From NCBI GenBank assembly GCA_964357975.1, contig CAYHNG010000001.1, forward strand, positions 47,007-111,006: 64,000 bases of DNA. The letters are read 5' to 3'. Source of the stretch: an uncultured Pseudomonadales bacterium. Lineage in GTDB: Bacteria > Patescibacteriota > Microgenomatia > UBA1400 > MFAQ01. Positions 39,501-49,629 of this stretch are shown here, in pieces (within the stretch, counting starts at the first letter, position 1; each line of letters starts with the position of its first letter). Both the position numbers and the translations under genes were made by a program. The notes below the pieces were generated by a model. It saw only the letters and a program-made list of their open reading frames with translations. It was not told the origin of the DNA and ran no database searches.

Positions 39501-40380
39501 CTTTATATAATTCCCAAAGCTTCATATAAGAAAAGGCATGGTGCAGACCGGAGTAAAGCGAAAATACAAAACCGGGAAAACCATCGAGGAAACCGCGGTA
39601 ACGGAAGTAGAGACCTAAGAAAGTAGCCAGTGGTTTGAAGAATAAATAGTTGAGAGTATTGAAGAAAGTAATTTTGACACCTGCGGTTTTCATTTGGGTA
39701 GCTTTGAGACTGGAATAGCGATTCTCTCGAAGAAGATAGCGCGAGAAAGTGGGTGTACCAAAATGGTTCATGTCGGACTTTAGCCAGCCGACAGTCCCAC
39801 GAACAACCATCTGTTCGTGAACGTCTTTTCCGGGAAGCTCGGCTTTACCTCTTTGGAAGAGCCTGATGACCGGATCCGGGTACTGTCCTGCATGCATAAG
39901 AACACCCTTTAAAAAGTAGTTCTTTCGGGGAAGCCAGTAGGCGGCGGCTGGCTCCCTCAGTATCTTTGGTTCAGGAAAAAACATGCCGACCGGCAGGCAG
40001 GCTTTTACAAATTTATTGACTGATTTTTTGAGAGGAGAGATCCAGGAATCATAGCCAGAATAGCTGCCATCGAGAATGCCAACAACTTCTCTCTTCATCT
40101 CGGGCGTGATCACCTCATCGGTGTCTAACTGTAAAATCCAATCTGATTTTGCGTGATCATTGGCAATTTTCTTTTGAATATGAAAAATGGGGCTGTTCTC
40201 GCGGATCAAGACTTTGGCGCCCAGCTTTTTGGCAATTTCGGCGGTTTTGTCTGTGGAAGTGCCGTCTACAACGATAATCTCGTCGACCCAATCCTTGACG
40301 GAATTCAGGCAATCGGCAATACAATCCTCGTTATTGTATGAGGCCATAGTGACCGAGATGGTTTGACGTTTGGATTTCAT
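39478..40380 (-). CDS. GT2 glycosyltransferase (WaaE/KdtX-like)
   Basis: VDGTSTD, WILQLDTDE, VHE, GFLDGFPG. Confidence 0.9.
   Translation of the reverse strand: MKSKRQTISVTMASYNNEDCIADCLNSVKDWVDEIIVVDGTSTDKTAEIAKKLGAKVLIRENSPIFHIQKKIANDHAKSDWILQLDTDEVITPEMKREVVGILDGSYSGYDSWISPLKKSVNKFVKACLPVGMFFPEPKILREPAAAYWLPRKNYFLKGVLMHAGQYPDPVIRLFQRGKAELPGKDVHEQMVVRGTVGWLKSDMNHFGTPTFSRYLLRENRYSSLKATQMKTAGVKITFFNTLNYLFFKPLATFLGLYFRYRGFLDGFPGFVFSLYSGLHHAFSYMKLWELYKDEEYAPR
39982..40002. repeat. Imperfect GC-rich palindrome in frame inside CDS
   Basis: catgccgaccggcaggcaggc, read as ACLPVGM. A related inverted copy lies at 41518-41534. Confidence 0.6.
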
Positions 40381-42053
40381 TTGGTGGAGAGGAATTTGTA
40401 CATGGGATGGCCGGCGGGGTCGTTTATCGTATAAATAACGGCCTTGTCGTCGACCGACTCATCAGCTGAGATTATAAGGGTATTGGGCAGTTTTTTGTCC
40501 TCTCCGTAGTTAATGGAGCGAAATTCGAACTTGCCGAAGCTCCGGACGGTCGAAAAACCGAACTTGTCTCTGGGAGTCATGACTAGCTCTGACTGAAGTA
40601 CTCTTGGATCATACTTCAGGAAAAAGGCCATTAAAATATATGGCTGGTCGTAGCGGTCGGAGATGAGGATGCGATCGTAGTTGTAATACTGTTGACCTAC
40701 ATACTCTGCGATTTGGTCAAAGCCATACTGCCAGGCGTAAGGGAGTACTTTGGGATAATGGACATAGTAGAGGTGTAAGTACCTGGCTACCGAGTAGCCT
40801 CCAAAAAGAAACACAATGAAGCAAACACCGGATACCAACCATTTTTTCTGTGTCCTGAGCAAGAGGTTTACAAAGACCGCAAGACCGAGAGCCGAGATCA
40901 CTGAAAGAGGAATAACCATATTCTGAGAGCGCAACGCGTGGGGGGACTGAAAGGTGAGAGCGGCCGCCAGCGGAGAAATAAGGAACCAGATAAAAATAAA
41001 CTTTTTCCCTTTGGAATCTAATTTTAGTAGAGAGAAAAGTCCGAGAAAATAGAAGGGAACCAGGAATAGATAAGATTGTCCTGTTTCGGGAACCTTACTC
41101 CGGGCAATCTCGTCTCCGGTAACAAAAAGGAATCGGGGAGAAAAATGAGCTAAATAATTTTTGACAAATCTGAGACCATATGAAAGATATTGGTTGTGTA
41201 GCGCCTTGATGGCGATTGTTTCTTGTGGGTGTGCCCGGCGCATCTCCAATGCTTGCCAGAGAGGACCAGTATCGGAAAAGACCGAGACACCGGAAAAGCG
41301 GGACTGCCCTTCTTTGGAAAGAAGTTGACTGGCGATGGGCAAAGAAAGAAGAAGTCCGAGAAACACAGAAATCATTAGGGCGCGAATATTAGTGGAGACT
41401 AGTTGGCGCCAGTAGAGAATGACTAGCGTAAGAGCCAGAAGCGGAGAGATGATTCTGGCCGAGTGGTAGGTATATAGACTGACAGCAAAGGCCGTAACAA
41501 AAAGGTAAAAATATTTTGTCTGCTTGCCGGTAGGAACTGTTTTTTCGATAGCCTTAAAGAAGGACCATAGTCCGAGTAGGATGAAAAAAAGTGCAGCATT
41601 AACCTCCCAACCACCTCTTGAGAACTGAAGATGCCAGGGTGAAACCGCCAGGACAAGGGCTGATAATAATGCAAACCTCTTGGTTTTAACGTGACACTCT
41701 TCATCTTGAGTATCTTTCCGGAATAACAAATTAACGAGCAAAAATAATAAATAAACGGAGGCGGTGCCCAATAGCGCGGAAGGAAGGCGAACGGACCAGA
41801 CAGTGGGACCAAGTAGTTTAACAAAAGGCAGGACCAGATAAAAATAGACCGGTGGCTTGTAATCATCAAAGGATCTAAACACCAGGGGCCAAGAAACTGA
41901 GTGTTCGTCTTTGCCCGTTTCCAGAAGCGACCAGGCGTTGTAACCGATAGCGGCTTCATCGGCGTTTAGACCGGCCGGAAACCGGTCTAAAGCGAATAGT
42001 CTGAGGACTGATGCCAAAATGAGTATGAGGATGATGGGAAGATGTTTTTTCAT
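40377..42053 (-). CDS. GT-C (ArnT/PMT-like) paralogue 1
   Basis: ADEAAIGYNAWSLLETGKDE, SFDDYKPP, VRLPSA, SPWH..FSR..E. Confidence 0.9.
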   Translation of the reverse strand: MKKHLPIILILILASVLRLFALDRFPAGLNADEAAIGYNAWSLLETGKDEHSVSWPLVFRSFDDYKPPVYFYLVLPFVKLLGPTVWSVRLPSALLGTASVYLLFLLVNLLFRKDTQDEECHVKTKRFALLSALVLAVSPWHLQFSRGGWEVNAALFFILLGLWSFFKAIEKTVPTGKQTKYFYLFVTAFAVSLYTYHSARIISPLLALTLVILYWRQLVSTNIRALMISVFLGLLLSLPIASQLLSKEGQSRFSGVSVFSDTGPLWQALEMRRAHPQETIAIKALHNQYLSYGLRFVKNYLAHFSPRFLFVTGDEIARSKVPETGQSYLFLVPFYFLGLFSLLKLDSKGKKFIFIWFLISPLAAALTFQSPHALRSQNMVIPLSVISALGLAVFVNLLLRTQKKWLVSGVCFIVFLFGGYSVARYLHLYYVHYPKVLPYAWQYGFDQIAEYVGQQYYNYDRILISDRYDQPYILMAFFLKYDPRVLQSELVMTPRDKFGFSTVRSFGKFEFRSINYGEDKKLPNTLIISADESVDDKAVIYTINDPAGHPMYKFLSTK

Positions 42054-43708
42054 TAAGGTTTGGTTTTGATGACCCGAAAGAGAATGTGATGATCTGGAGT
42101 TTCGATTTGTCTAAACAGATCCACGTTAGGTCCGGTAATATCGAACTGATTGTTGATATTTCCCTCAGATCCGATAAAGAGAGTGTCTTTTTGAGTCATC
42201 ATGTCGGAAGAGCCAAACTGGTGGAACTCAACACTACCGACTTTGTCCACTTTTCCGACGTCCAAACCGCCGCTAATAAAATCGTTATTTTTTTGATAAG
42301 TAGCCGGGTCATATGCGGTGTAAAAAACGTAATAGATATATGGCTGACCGTAGACATCGGTAAAGACAACTTTCTTGGCCGGATGGTCTTTAATAATTTG
42401 AACTACCTGCTTGTAGCCGTAGTTGAACTCTTTGGAAAAGACAGTCTGGGAATGAAAAAAGTACACATCAAAGACGTATATTGCGCATAGGGTGTAGATA
42501 CCGGCAATGAGTGCGAAGAATATTTTTGAATTTGTATAAAGATAATAGATACCCAGACCAGCAATTATAGAGAGTGGAACAACCATAAAGAGAGCTCTGA
42601 CGGTGGAGAACTCAGCCAAAGTCAGTGAGGCGGGAATGGGCGAGATAAGAAGCAGTCCGAGAATTAATGCCGTTGTTCTGTCCGGGGTGTCATGACTACC
42701 TGGAGAAAGGTTTTTGACTAGCCAGATAAAACCTAGAACTAACCAGATGAACTCTAAAGGATTGAGCGCTCCCAATCCGGGAAGGTGTCCCCTTTCGGAA
42801 ACAATGGGGCCTTCGTAGAAGAGGACTTCGGGTGAAAAGTGATACAGATAACGGGAGAGAACAAGCCTAGTTGAAAGTTCTTTTTGGTTATGGAAAAGAT
42901 TTAAGGAGGTAGAATTTTGATTGTCTATCTCCCTTGTTATTTGGGGTATCCCCGGTTTGTAGTTGAAGATGCTCAGAGTTGTAAGCCGATTACCGGCGCT
43001 GCCAAATACAGAACCGAAGAAAATCCAGAGACCAAACAGAATAAATGGAAAAAGCGACAACAGCTTTTTGGGCTTTAGATATGGAGTAAAACTAGACCAA
43101 AATTCTTTCCAGTAAATAACAAGAAAAAGTAGAAAGACCAGAGGAGTTAAAAGTTTGGCCGCTTGGTACATGGCCAACGAGAGACAAGCCAATAGCAAAG
43201 AGGGGTAGAGAGCTGATTTTCCCTTTAGAAACCGGAGAAAATAGTAAAGAGCAAAAATGGTCAGCGTGGTGAAAACGTTTACTTCCCAAGCCCCGTGACC
43301 AAAGTGCACCGCCCACGGAGAAATAGCGAGGGCCAGAGCCGCAAAAGAACCTGGTTTGTGGGTGGATTTGGTGGAGAAAATTTCGTTAGTGAGAAGATAG
43401 ATGCCGAAGATGGCGAGAATGCCGGCAAGAGCGCTAGGGAAACGAACTGCAAATTCATTGAGACCAAAGATGGCCACCGAGGGGACCGCAAGATAAATAT
43501 AAGCACCTGGTTTGTAATCTCCAAAACTCTTGAAGACTAAGGGCAAGAAAGCGCCGTGTTCATCCCGCCCGGTCTTCAGCAGGGAGTAGGCGTTGTAACC
43601 GATGGCCGCCTCGTCCCAAGTGAGCCCGTTTGGGACGGACGACAATTGCCACAAACGAAGAAACGTTCCTAGTAGTAGGGCAATGATCAAAAGAATATAT
43701 TTCTTCAT
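42053..43708 (-). CDS. GT-C paralogue 2
   Basis: WDEAAIGYNAYSLLKTGRDE, SFGDYKP. Confidence 0.9.
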   Translation of the reverse strand: MKKYILLIIALLLGTFLRLWQLSSVPNGLTWDEAAIGYNAYSLLKTGRDEHGAFLPLVFKSFGDYKPGAYIYLAVPSVAIFGLNEFAVRFPSALAGILAIFGIYLLTNEIFSTKSTHKPGSFAALALAISPWAVHFGHGAWEVNVFTTLTIFALYYFLRFLKGKSALYPSLLLACLSLAMYQAAKLLTPLVFLLFLVIYWKEFWSSFTPYLKPKKLLSLFPFILFGLWIFFGSVFGSAGNRLTTLSIFNYKPGIPQITREIDNQNSTSLNLFHNQKELSTRLVLSRYLYHFSPEVLFYEGPIVSERGHLPGLGALNPLEFIWLVLGFIWLVKNLSPGSHDTPDRTTALILGLLLISPIPASLTLAEFSTVRALFMVVPLSIIAGLGIYYLYTNSKIFFALIAGIYTLCAIYVFDVYFFHSQTVFSKEFNYGYKQVVQIIKDHPAKKVVFTDVYGQPYIYYVFYTAYDPATYQKNNDFISGGLDVGKVDKVGSVEFHQFGSSDMMTQKDTLFIGSEGNINNQFDITGPNVDLFRQIETPDHHILFRVIKTKP

Positions 43709-45432
43709 GGAATAGAAGTAATTATAAACGCCGGAGACCCGTCTAAGTAATTCACCGTCTTAATGACATGGGCGTTGACCGGGACGTGACCCGCAGAAGT
43801 AATCAAGAGGCTTCTCTGTGTGGAGATCTCTCCTCCACTCTCCAGAGGAAGAGTCTTGATGGAAGTGACCGGAATCTGCCAATCGTTGACAAAATAAACA
43901 TTGTCTATCTTATCCGTCCAGTACCAATCCGATTTTTGGAAACGAATATTGTCTTTGTTTGGCTGAACAATTTTCGGCTCTATCCGATCAAAGAAGGCGT
44001 AAAAAATATGCGGCTCTCCGAAACGTTTGGTGATAAAAAAGCGATCGTATTCGTGCCGATGATCTTGGACATAGGTCATTACTTCCGCGTAGCCAAATTG
44101 CCAGGACGCAGAATAGGTAGTAGCATAATTCCCAAAATACTGTCTAAGGTAAAACCCGAAGGAGACACCAATCCACAGAGCCAACAAAATCAGAGAGAGT
44201 CTAGTAAATTTGTGAGGAATAAACCTCAACAGCCGGGATAAACCCAGACCGGCAAAAATAATGATGGCCGGGATCATAGGATTTGGACGGAGTGCTTGCG
44301 GAGGATCGATGGTCAGACTGGCCGCGACTGGGGAAAGGAGTAACCAAGCATAGAGGAATTTTAGAGATTCGGAACCTCGCAATAACGACAGGTGTGATAA
44401 AAAACCAAGAAGAGCCAGTAAGAAGACGGGGAGAGTTAAAAGGTTTTGGCCGGGAATGGCAAACTGGAACTGGGCCCCCCATTGTTGGGAGAAAAACTGA
44501 GGTGAGAAATAGCCGATATAGTTCTTGGTAAAAGTAGTGAAAAAATAAACAGGACGGTTATAAACCAATTTAGAGACGAGTGGACCCAGAGAACTTTGAG
44601 ACCTTTGCTCCCCAATTTGAAAAACAGTGGCCGGTGAAAGAATCTTGAGCTTTTCATAACGAGCCGTACCTGCCCCAAGAAAGACCTGATATATGACTAG
44701 CCCAGAGAAAAGGAGTGCGAGAACAAGAGAGGTGATTAGTGCAAAGTGGTTGGTGCGAGGTGCACGAAGATTGGGACGAAAAATAAGAAAAGAGACCACC
44801 ACGAGCAAAGGCACAAAGACGCGGGCAGTGTTGTAGGTATGCAGAGAGAGGCCTAACAGTATAACGGAGGGGAGTAAAGAGGTTTTTGTTTGGTGGATCC
44901 CCGCCTTCGCGAGGATGACACTATCGGAACTGTGGAAGAATTTTAGTAAGAAGTAGAAGCCGAAGATTATTAAAGTAAGAGATAGATTGGCTTCTAAGGC
45001 CGGGCGAGAGATGAAGAAATGCCAGGGAGAAATGGTGAGGAGAAGCGCAGTAATTAGTGCGAAGTGTTTGGTTTTTTGAGAAAAAAGCTCGCGGGTTAGA
45101 AAATAAATTCCCGGAATGGCAAGAGTGCCGGCGAGAGCAGAGATAAATCGAACCGAAAAAGTACTAAGACCAAAAAGCCAGACAGGAATGGTGGTGAGAT
45201 AAATATATAAAGGTAGCTTGTAATCCCCGAAGGCTCGAAAGATTAGAGGAAACCTAACTCCCCACTCGTCTCTCCCGGTGAGCAAAATGGAATAAGCATT
45301 GTACCCATGACTCGCTTCATCCCAATTCAAGGCGACGGGAAAAGCGTCTAATTTCCAAAAGCGGAGTAGACCACCAAGCAAGGTGAACAAAAACAGCAGT
45401 AATAGTGGCCGATTATTAATAATGGACTTCAT
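43705..45432 (-). CDS. GT-C paralogue 3
   Basis: WDEASHGYNAYSILLTGRDE, AFGDYKLP. Confidence 0.9.
   Translation of the reverse strand: MKSIINNRPLLLLFLFTLLGGLLRFWKLDAFPVALNWDEASHGYNAYSILLTGRDEWGVRFPLIFRAFGDYKLPLYIYLTTIPVWLFGLSTFSVRFISALAGTLAIPGIYFLTRELFSQKTKHFALITALLLTISPWHFFISRPALEANLSLTLIIFGFYFLLKFFHSSDSVILAKAGIHQTKTSLLPSVILLGLSLHTYNTARVFVPLLVVVSFLIFRPNLRAPRTNHFALITSLVLALLFSGLVIYQVFLGAGTARYEKLKILSPATVFQIGEQRSQSSLGPLVSKLVYNRPVYFFTTFTKNYIGYFSPQFFSQQWGAQFQFAIPGQNLLTLPVFLLALLGFLSHLSLLRGSESLKFLYAWLLLSPVAASLTIDPPQALRPNPMIPAIIIFAGLGLSRLLRFIPHKFTRLSLILLALWIGVSFGFYLRQYFGNYATTYSASWQFGYAEVMTYVQDHRHEYDRFFITKRFGEPHIFYAFFDRIEPKIVQPNKDNIRFQKSDWYWTDKIDNVYFVNDWQIPVTSIKTLPLESGGEISTQRSLLITSAGHVPVNAHVIKTVNYLDGSPAFIITSIP
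44729..44764. repeat. Heptamer-period repeat inside CDS
   Basis: gaggtga-ttagtgc-aaagtgg-ttggtgc-gaggtgc. Identical to 48415-48442 at 27 of 28 positions. Confidence 0.75.
44896..44920. repeat. REP-like palindrome copy 5, in frame inside GT-C CDS
   Basis: Identical to intergenic 25365-25389. Read as VILAKAGI. Confidence 0.88.
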
Positions 45433-47119
45433 AATAAAGAGGTTCGCCGGAAGGCAAGCTAATTATGTCACCAATCGCAGCCACAGAACGAATATCACTG
45501 GTGTCTACCTCCGGGCGGGTCAGATAATAGTGGGCATTGGGAAGAGGGTTGATGGGCTTGTTTTGGTAATCAATCATGGTGGCAATATAAAGATCGGAGT
45601 CCCCTATCCTGTTTCCGTCCAAATTGAAGTTTCCCGAAGTAGAGTTGTAGACAGTGTGCTGTAGTTCAAACTCTTGAAATTTGCGTGGGTTAAAACCGGT
45701 GTAATAAAGATAAAAAATCAAAGGGTATTCGTACTTGGGAGAAATGATCACCGGTTCACCAGGATGCCGACTGACGGATTGCATAAGTTCTTGCATTCCG
45801 GCGCTCCATGATCTTTCTGAGGTATAGCGATAATGAGACCAATAGTCATGTAGATATAAAGAGGAATCGGCAAAAAGTAAAAGAAGTACTAAAGCCGTTA
45901 GCCACTTTGAGTAAGAGAACAACTGATCAAAACCAAAAGAGACAACCAAGACCAAAGGCAGTATGAGCATAAAAATCCGAGAGGAATGGGTGGCTCCATC
46001 TCTCGTCAGAGCAGAAGGAAGAATGGCGGCAACGGAAAGGACTACGACAAAAAGGAGGAACTTGGCGTGTTTCCCTGCGGCTAATCGGTAAAGACCATAA
46101 AGCAGGGGAATAAGAAGGGCTTTCTCCAGCATGCCCCAACCCTGCACCGCGTGTCGAGGATTCGTATCCCCTTGAAGGAAGAGATAGTCGAAAGAGATGG
46201 GACTGACGACATTTTTGATAAACACCTGAAGAACGGACAAAACTTTGTTATGGGTGGCTTTACTAATTAGGTCGGTAGTTGAGCCAACCGGTGCTGATGG
46301 ACCAAGATCTTCTTTCCTCAAAAAATTAATTTCGGTAGGTATCGTGGGGTCGGTAAAAATAGAGATCTCGTTGAAACGCCTAGCAGCTCCACCGTTGATA
46401 ACTACCACCCCTAGAGGAATAAAGAGAATAATTAGCCATAGAGAAAGTTTCTTTCCCCACAAATGTTCTTTGGTACCAGGAAGGAGGAGGAGAACTAGGG
46501 GGATAAAAAGTAGAGCCAATTTGGCCGTGCTGTAGATCATAGGAGTAAGAGAAAACAATATCAAAGAGACGATAATAGCCCAGACTCTTTTGTGGATTAA
46601 GAAATGAGTGTAGAAAAATAAACCGGCCAGATAAACCGTAAATAACATAGAGAGCTCAAAGCCTATACGAGAGTAAGTAAAGTGCCAGGGAATAATTGAC
46701 AAAACCAAAGCAGACCAAAAACCGAAAGAGGATCCGGTTTTTGGGGATGAAAATCCAAATAATTTAGAGAGATTATTAGCCAGGAAAAATATCGCCACGA
46801 TTCCTAGTATGGAGAAAATGGCCGGAGTAAGGCGAATAGCCAAATCCATAGTAACACCAGGTATCAGTGAGACTAGGGCGGTAGCGTATATGGGTAAGGC
46901 TGTGCGAACATCAGAAAAAGAGTGAAACTGCAGAGGAAGGAAATTTCCTTGATAATCTTTTCCCGTCGACAAAAAGGAACGGGCTTGATAACCGATGTCC
47001 ACCTCATCGGAAAAAAGACTGATCGGATTTTGTTGTAAGCCGGATAGCCTAAGACTAGCTCCTACCAGAAGAACCAAGAATAATGGCCAGTACCGGCTAA
47101 AGAGGTCTTTTATTTTCAT
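45416..47119 (-). CDS. GT-C paralogue 4
   Basis: SDEVDIGYQARSFLSTGKD, SFSDVR, PWHFTYSRIGFE. Confidence 0.9.
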   Translation of the reverse strand: MKIKDLFSRYWPLFLVLLVGASLRLSGLQQNPISLFSDEVDIGYQARSFLSTGKDYQGNFLPLQFHSFSDVRTALPIYATALVSLIPGVTMDLAIRLTPAIFSILGIVAIFFLANNLSKLFGFSSPKTGSSFGFWSALVLSIIPWHFTYSRIGFELSMLFTVYLAGLFFYTHFLIHKRVWAIIVSLILFSLTPMIYSTAKLALLFIPLVLLLLPGTKEHLWGKKLSLWLIILFIPLGVVVINGGAARRFNEISIFTDPTIPTEINFLRKEDLGPSAPVGSTTDLISKATHNKVLSVLQVFIKNVVSPISFDYLFLQGDTNPRHAVQGWGMLEKALLIPLLYGLYRLAAGKHAKFLLFVVVLSVAAILPSALTRDGATHSSRIFMLILPLVLVVSFGFDQLFSYSKWLTALVLLLLFADSSLYLHDYWSHYRYTSERSWSAGMQELMQSVSRHPGEPVIISPKYEYPLIFYLYYTGFNPRKFQEFELQHTVYNSTSGNFNLDGNRIGDSDLYIATMIDYQNKPINPLPNAHYYLTRPEVDTSDIRSVAAIGDIISLPSGEPLYYEVHY

Positions 47120-48789
47120 TTGTACTTCGGATTCGTTTTTAATATTCTCAAGGCCACCTTTCCGTCGGGAAAGGGTATTTCTTTGATTATAGACAAATTG
47201 TGATCTTTTATTTGAACTTCCGACATGGCTAGATAGTCTGCTACCAAATACTGCTCTACAGCGTCCGTGTCGGGTCCCCAGACAATACTTTTAACGGTAA
47301 TATTTCCCAGTTTTTTGGTGTCGCTTCTGTTGAGACTGGTATAGTAATCTGCGGCTGAGACCTCAAAGTTTTCGCGTTGGTAGAGAGCGGGGTCGTATTT
47401 GAGGAAAAACATCATCAGGATATAACTATCTCCTCGCGAACTGTCCACCACGATGGGAAGTTGTGGATTAAGACCGGGAATCTCTTTGACTACCAACTCC
47501 CAACCATAGTTCCAGAACTTGGAATTGAAATAATCGTTAAAGTAAAAAATGGAGATAAACATCCTCACCGACGAAAAAATCACGAGAAGAGTAATGAGCG
47601 ATAATTTCAACTTTGAAGATATGGATGGAAGAATCTCCCAGAGTTTAATAAGACCAAAAGAAATAATCAGAATCTGGGGAATAACCAAAGGAAGCGATCG
47701 AAGAGTTGAGTAAGGATCTCTTGTGAGGGCGGCGGGAATGGGAGACGCTAGGAGAAGTGTAAAAACATAGAAAGTAAGATCTTTCAGGTGTCTTTCTTTG
47801 AAGAGAAAATACAACCCAATCAGATATAGAGGGAATTGCCAAACAAAAAAAGTTCCCAGACCGGGATAGGGCAATCGAGGTCCCGAGTCCCCCAGAGAAA
47901 ACATATAGCGGGGGGAAAGATAAGAACCATAGAGGGAAAGGAACTCCTTAAATGCCAAAATCTGAGGATTGTTTGTGAGATCGTGAACGAGACCTTTTCC
48001 CTCCTGATAACCCCAAACATTTTTCCCTGAAGCGGCAAAAATATTTAAGGCGGCTGAGCGCGCCTGGAAACCGGGAGTTCCGATAATTTGAAGAGTTGGA
48101 AGAAAAATAACGAAGGCTAAGACCAAACTAACAAGAATTGGGGTTAGATGATGTTTTAGTTCAGAAAATATGACCGGGGAATAGCGTAGTACGAACACAA
48201 CGAGGAGTACGGGGACGATAATTATTTCTGCCCGATAGGCCATCATGGAAATCACAAAAGATAAAGCGGCCGGAAGAAATAACCAAGATTTTTTAAGAGC
48301 ACTCATGATAAAAGGAGATCCCAGCAATAAGAAAAACAAAGCGACGTTGGCTTCATAAGCCGTACGACTATAGTTAATATGCCATGGAGAAATGGCCAGG
48401 AGAAAAGTAGTTACTAGTGCAAGGTGGTTGGTGCGAGGTGCAAGCTGACGGACCAGCAGATAGAGCAAGGGTAGGCTAAGAAAACCGAAAAGGGCTGATG
48501 GAAGTCTGACCGAGAAAACAGAGAGATCTAAAAAATGAATGATAGGAATCAGAAGGTAGGAATAAACCGGGCTCTGAAAAGTGGAAAAGGAGCGAAACAT
48601 GACGGGCAACCACTTGCCATACTCGTCCATGTCGGTTTTGAAGACTGAATAAGCGTTGTAGCCAAGTGAAGCCTCGTCCACGTACAGTCCGAGCGGAGTT
48701 TGCCCTAGTTTGTAAAAGCGGAAGAAGGCTCCAAGCAACAAAGCCAAAAATAAGAGAATCGCCGGTAGATATTTATTTGCTTGTTTCAT
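47116..48789 (-). CDS. GT-C paralogue 5
   Basis: VDEASLGYNAYSVFKTDMDE, VRLPSA, SPWHINYSRTAYE. Confidence 0.9.
   Translation of the reverse strand: MKQANKYLPAILLFLALLLGAFFRFYKLGQTPLGLYVDEASLGYNAYSVFKTDMDEYGKWLPVMFRSFSTFQSPVYSYLLIPIIHFLDLSVFSVRLPSALFGFLSLPLLYLLVRQLAPRTNHLALVTTFLLAISPWHINYSRTAYEANVALFFLLLGSPFIMSALKKSWLFLPAALSFVISMMAYRAEIIIVPVLLVVFVLRYSPVIFSELKHHLTPILVSLVLAFVIFLPTLQIIGTPGFQARSAALNIFAASGKNVWGYQEGKGLVHDLTNNPQILAFKEFLSLYGSYLSPRYMFSLGDSGPRLPYPGLGTFFVWQFPLYLIGLYFLFKERHLKDLTFYVFTLLLASPIPAALTRDPYSTLRSLPLVIPQILIISFGLIKLWEILPSISSKLKLSLITLLVIFSSVRMFISIFYFNDYFNSKFWNYGWELVVKEIPGLNPQLPIVVDSSRGDSYILMMFFLKYDPALYQRENFEVSAADYYTSLNRSDTKKLGNITVKSIVWGPDTDAVEQYLVADYLAMSEVQIKDHNLSIIKEIPFPDGKVALRILKTNPKYK
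48407..48442. repeat. Heptamer-period repeat inside CDS
   Basis: gtagtta-ctagtgc-aaggtgg-ttggtgc-gaggtgc, read as APRTNHLAL. Confidence 0.75.
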
Positions 48790-49614
48790 TTATTTAAGAA
48801 TAATTCGGGCCAATTCCATGAGGGATAGAGGCAGGAATAAAAAAGAGAAAAAGAGATAATACACTGAAGGAAGCGTAAAGATTTTTCTGAGGCCTAGCAA
48901 ACAGATGAGAGAGATGGGCAGATACAAAACCAGATCAAACTTGTCTGGGTTATTGATTAGAGCAATGGAAAATATTCCGGCTAGGAGTGTAGACAATATC
49001 CACGTCCGACTCCTACTCTTGACCAAGAAATAGAGCCCCACCAGGAAGGGAATTATGGCAGAGAATGAGAACTTTTGGAGGTTTTGGTTTTCGAAAATTT
49101 CTCGAGGATGGAGAGAAAAGAAATAATTATTTTGATCCAGGGAAGTAAAAATATTAGCCTTGAATTTATCCTGAAAAATATCGGTTTTGTTGTGATAAAG
49201 TCTGGCAAGGTTTCTACTGGGGATGAGGGAAATCTTTTTGTTTAAAGTATCGAAGGCTAGAGGGTCAGGGGTAAAAATAGAGTAAGCATAAAAGGTCTTC
49301 CAAGAAAATAGAGAAATAAATATTAGGATAACGGCGTAAATAACCAGAGACGTCTTTTTGAAATCAGACCAGTAAAAAATGGTGATGATAACCGGAAATA
49401 ATAAATAGGCCGGGTGAATTAGTGGCAAAACCAAATAAGCAAAATAATGATATTTGAATTTCTTAGTGTAAAGAAGCCAGTCAATCGACAAAACTAAGGC
49501 GGCGACGATAAAAATGGCCGAGTCGGTACGACTCGCTAAAATCAAAGAAAGCGGCCAGAAGATAAAGATGAGGATGGCGGATGTCCAAAAAATTAGATTC
49601 TTCATGATAGTCAA
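48790..49614 (-). CDS. Short membrane protein resembling the middle part of the GT-C paralogues
   Basis: ARLYHNK..NNYFF..HPRE followed by TM helices. No N-terminal DE motif. Confidence 0.65.
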   Translation of the reverse strand: MTIMKNLIFWTSAILIFIFWPLSLILASRTDSAIFIVAALVLSIDWLLYTKKFKYHYFAYLVLPLIHPAYLLFPVIITIFYWSDFKKTSLVIYAVILIFISLFSWKTFYAYSIFTPDPLAFDTLNKKISLIPSRNLARLYHNKTDIFQDKFKANIFTSLDQNNYFFSLHPREIFENQNLQKFSFSAIIPFLVGLYFLVKSRSRTWILSTLLAGIFSIALINNPDKFDLVLYLPISLICLLGLRKIFTLPSVYYLFFSFLFLPLSLMELARIILK

Positions 49615-49629
49615 TTAGAATTATATGCG

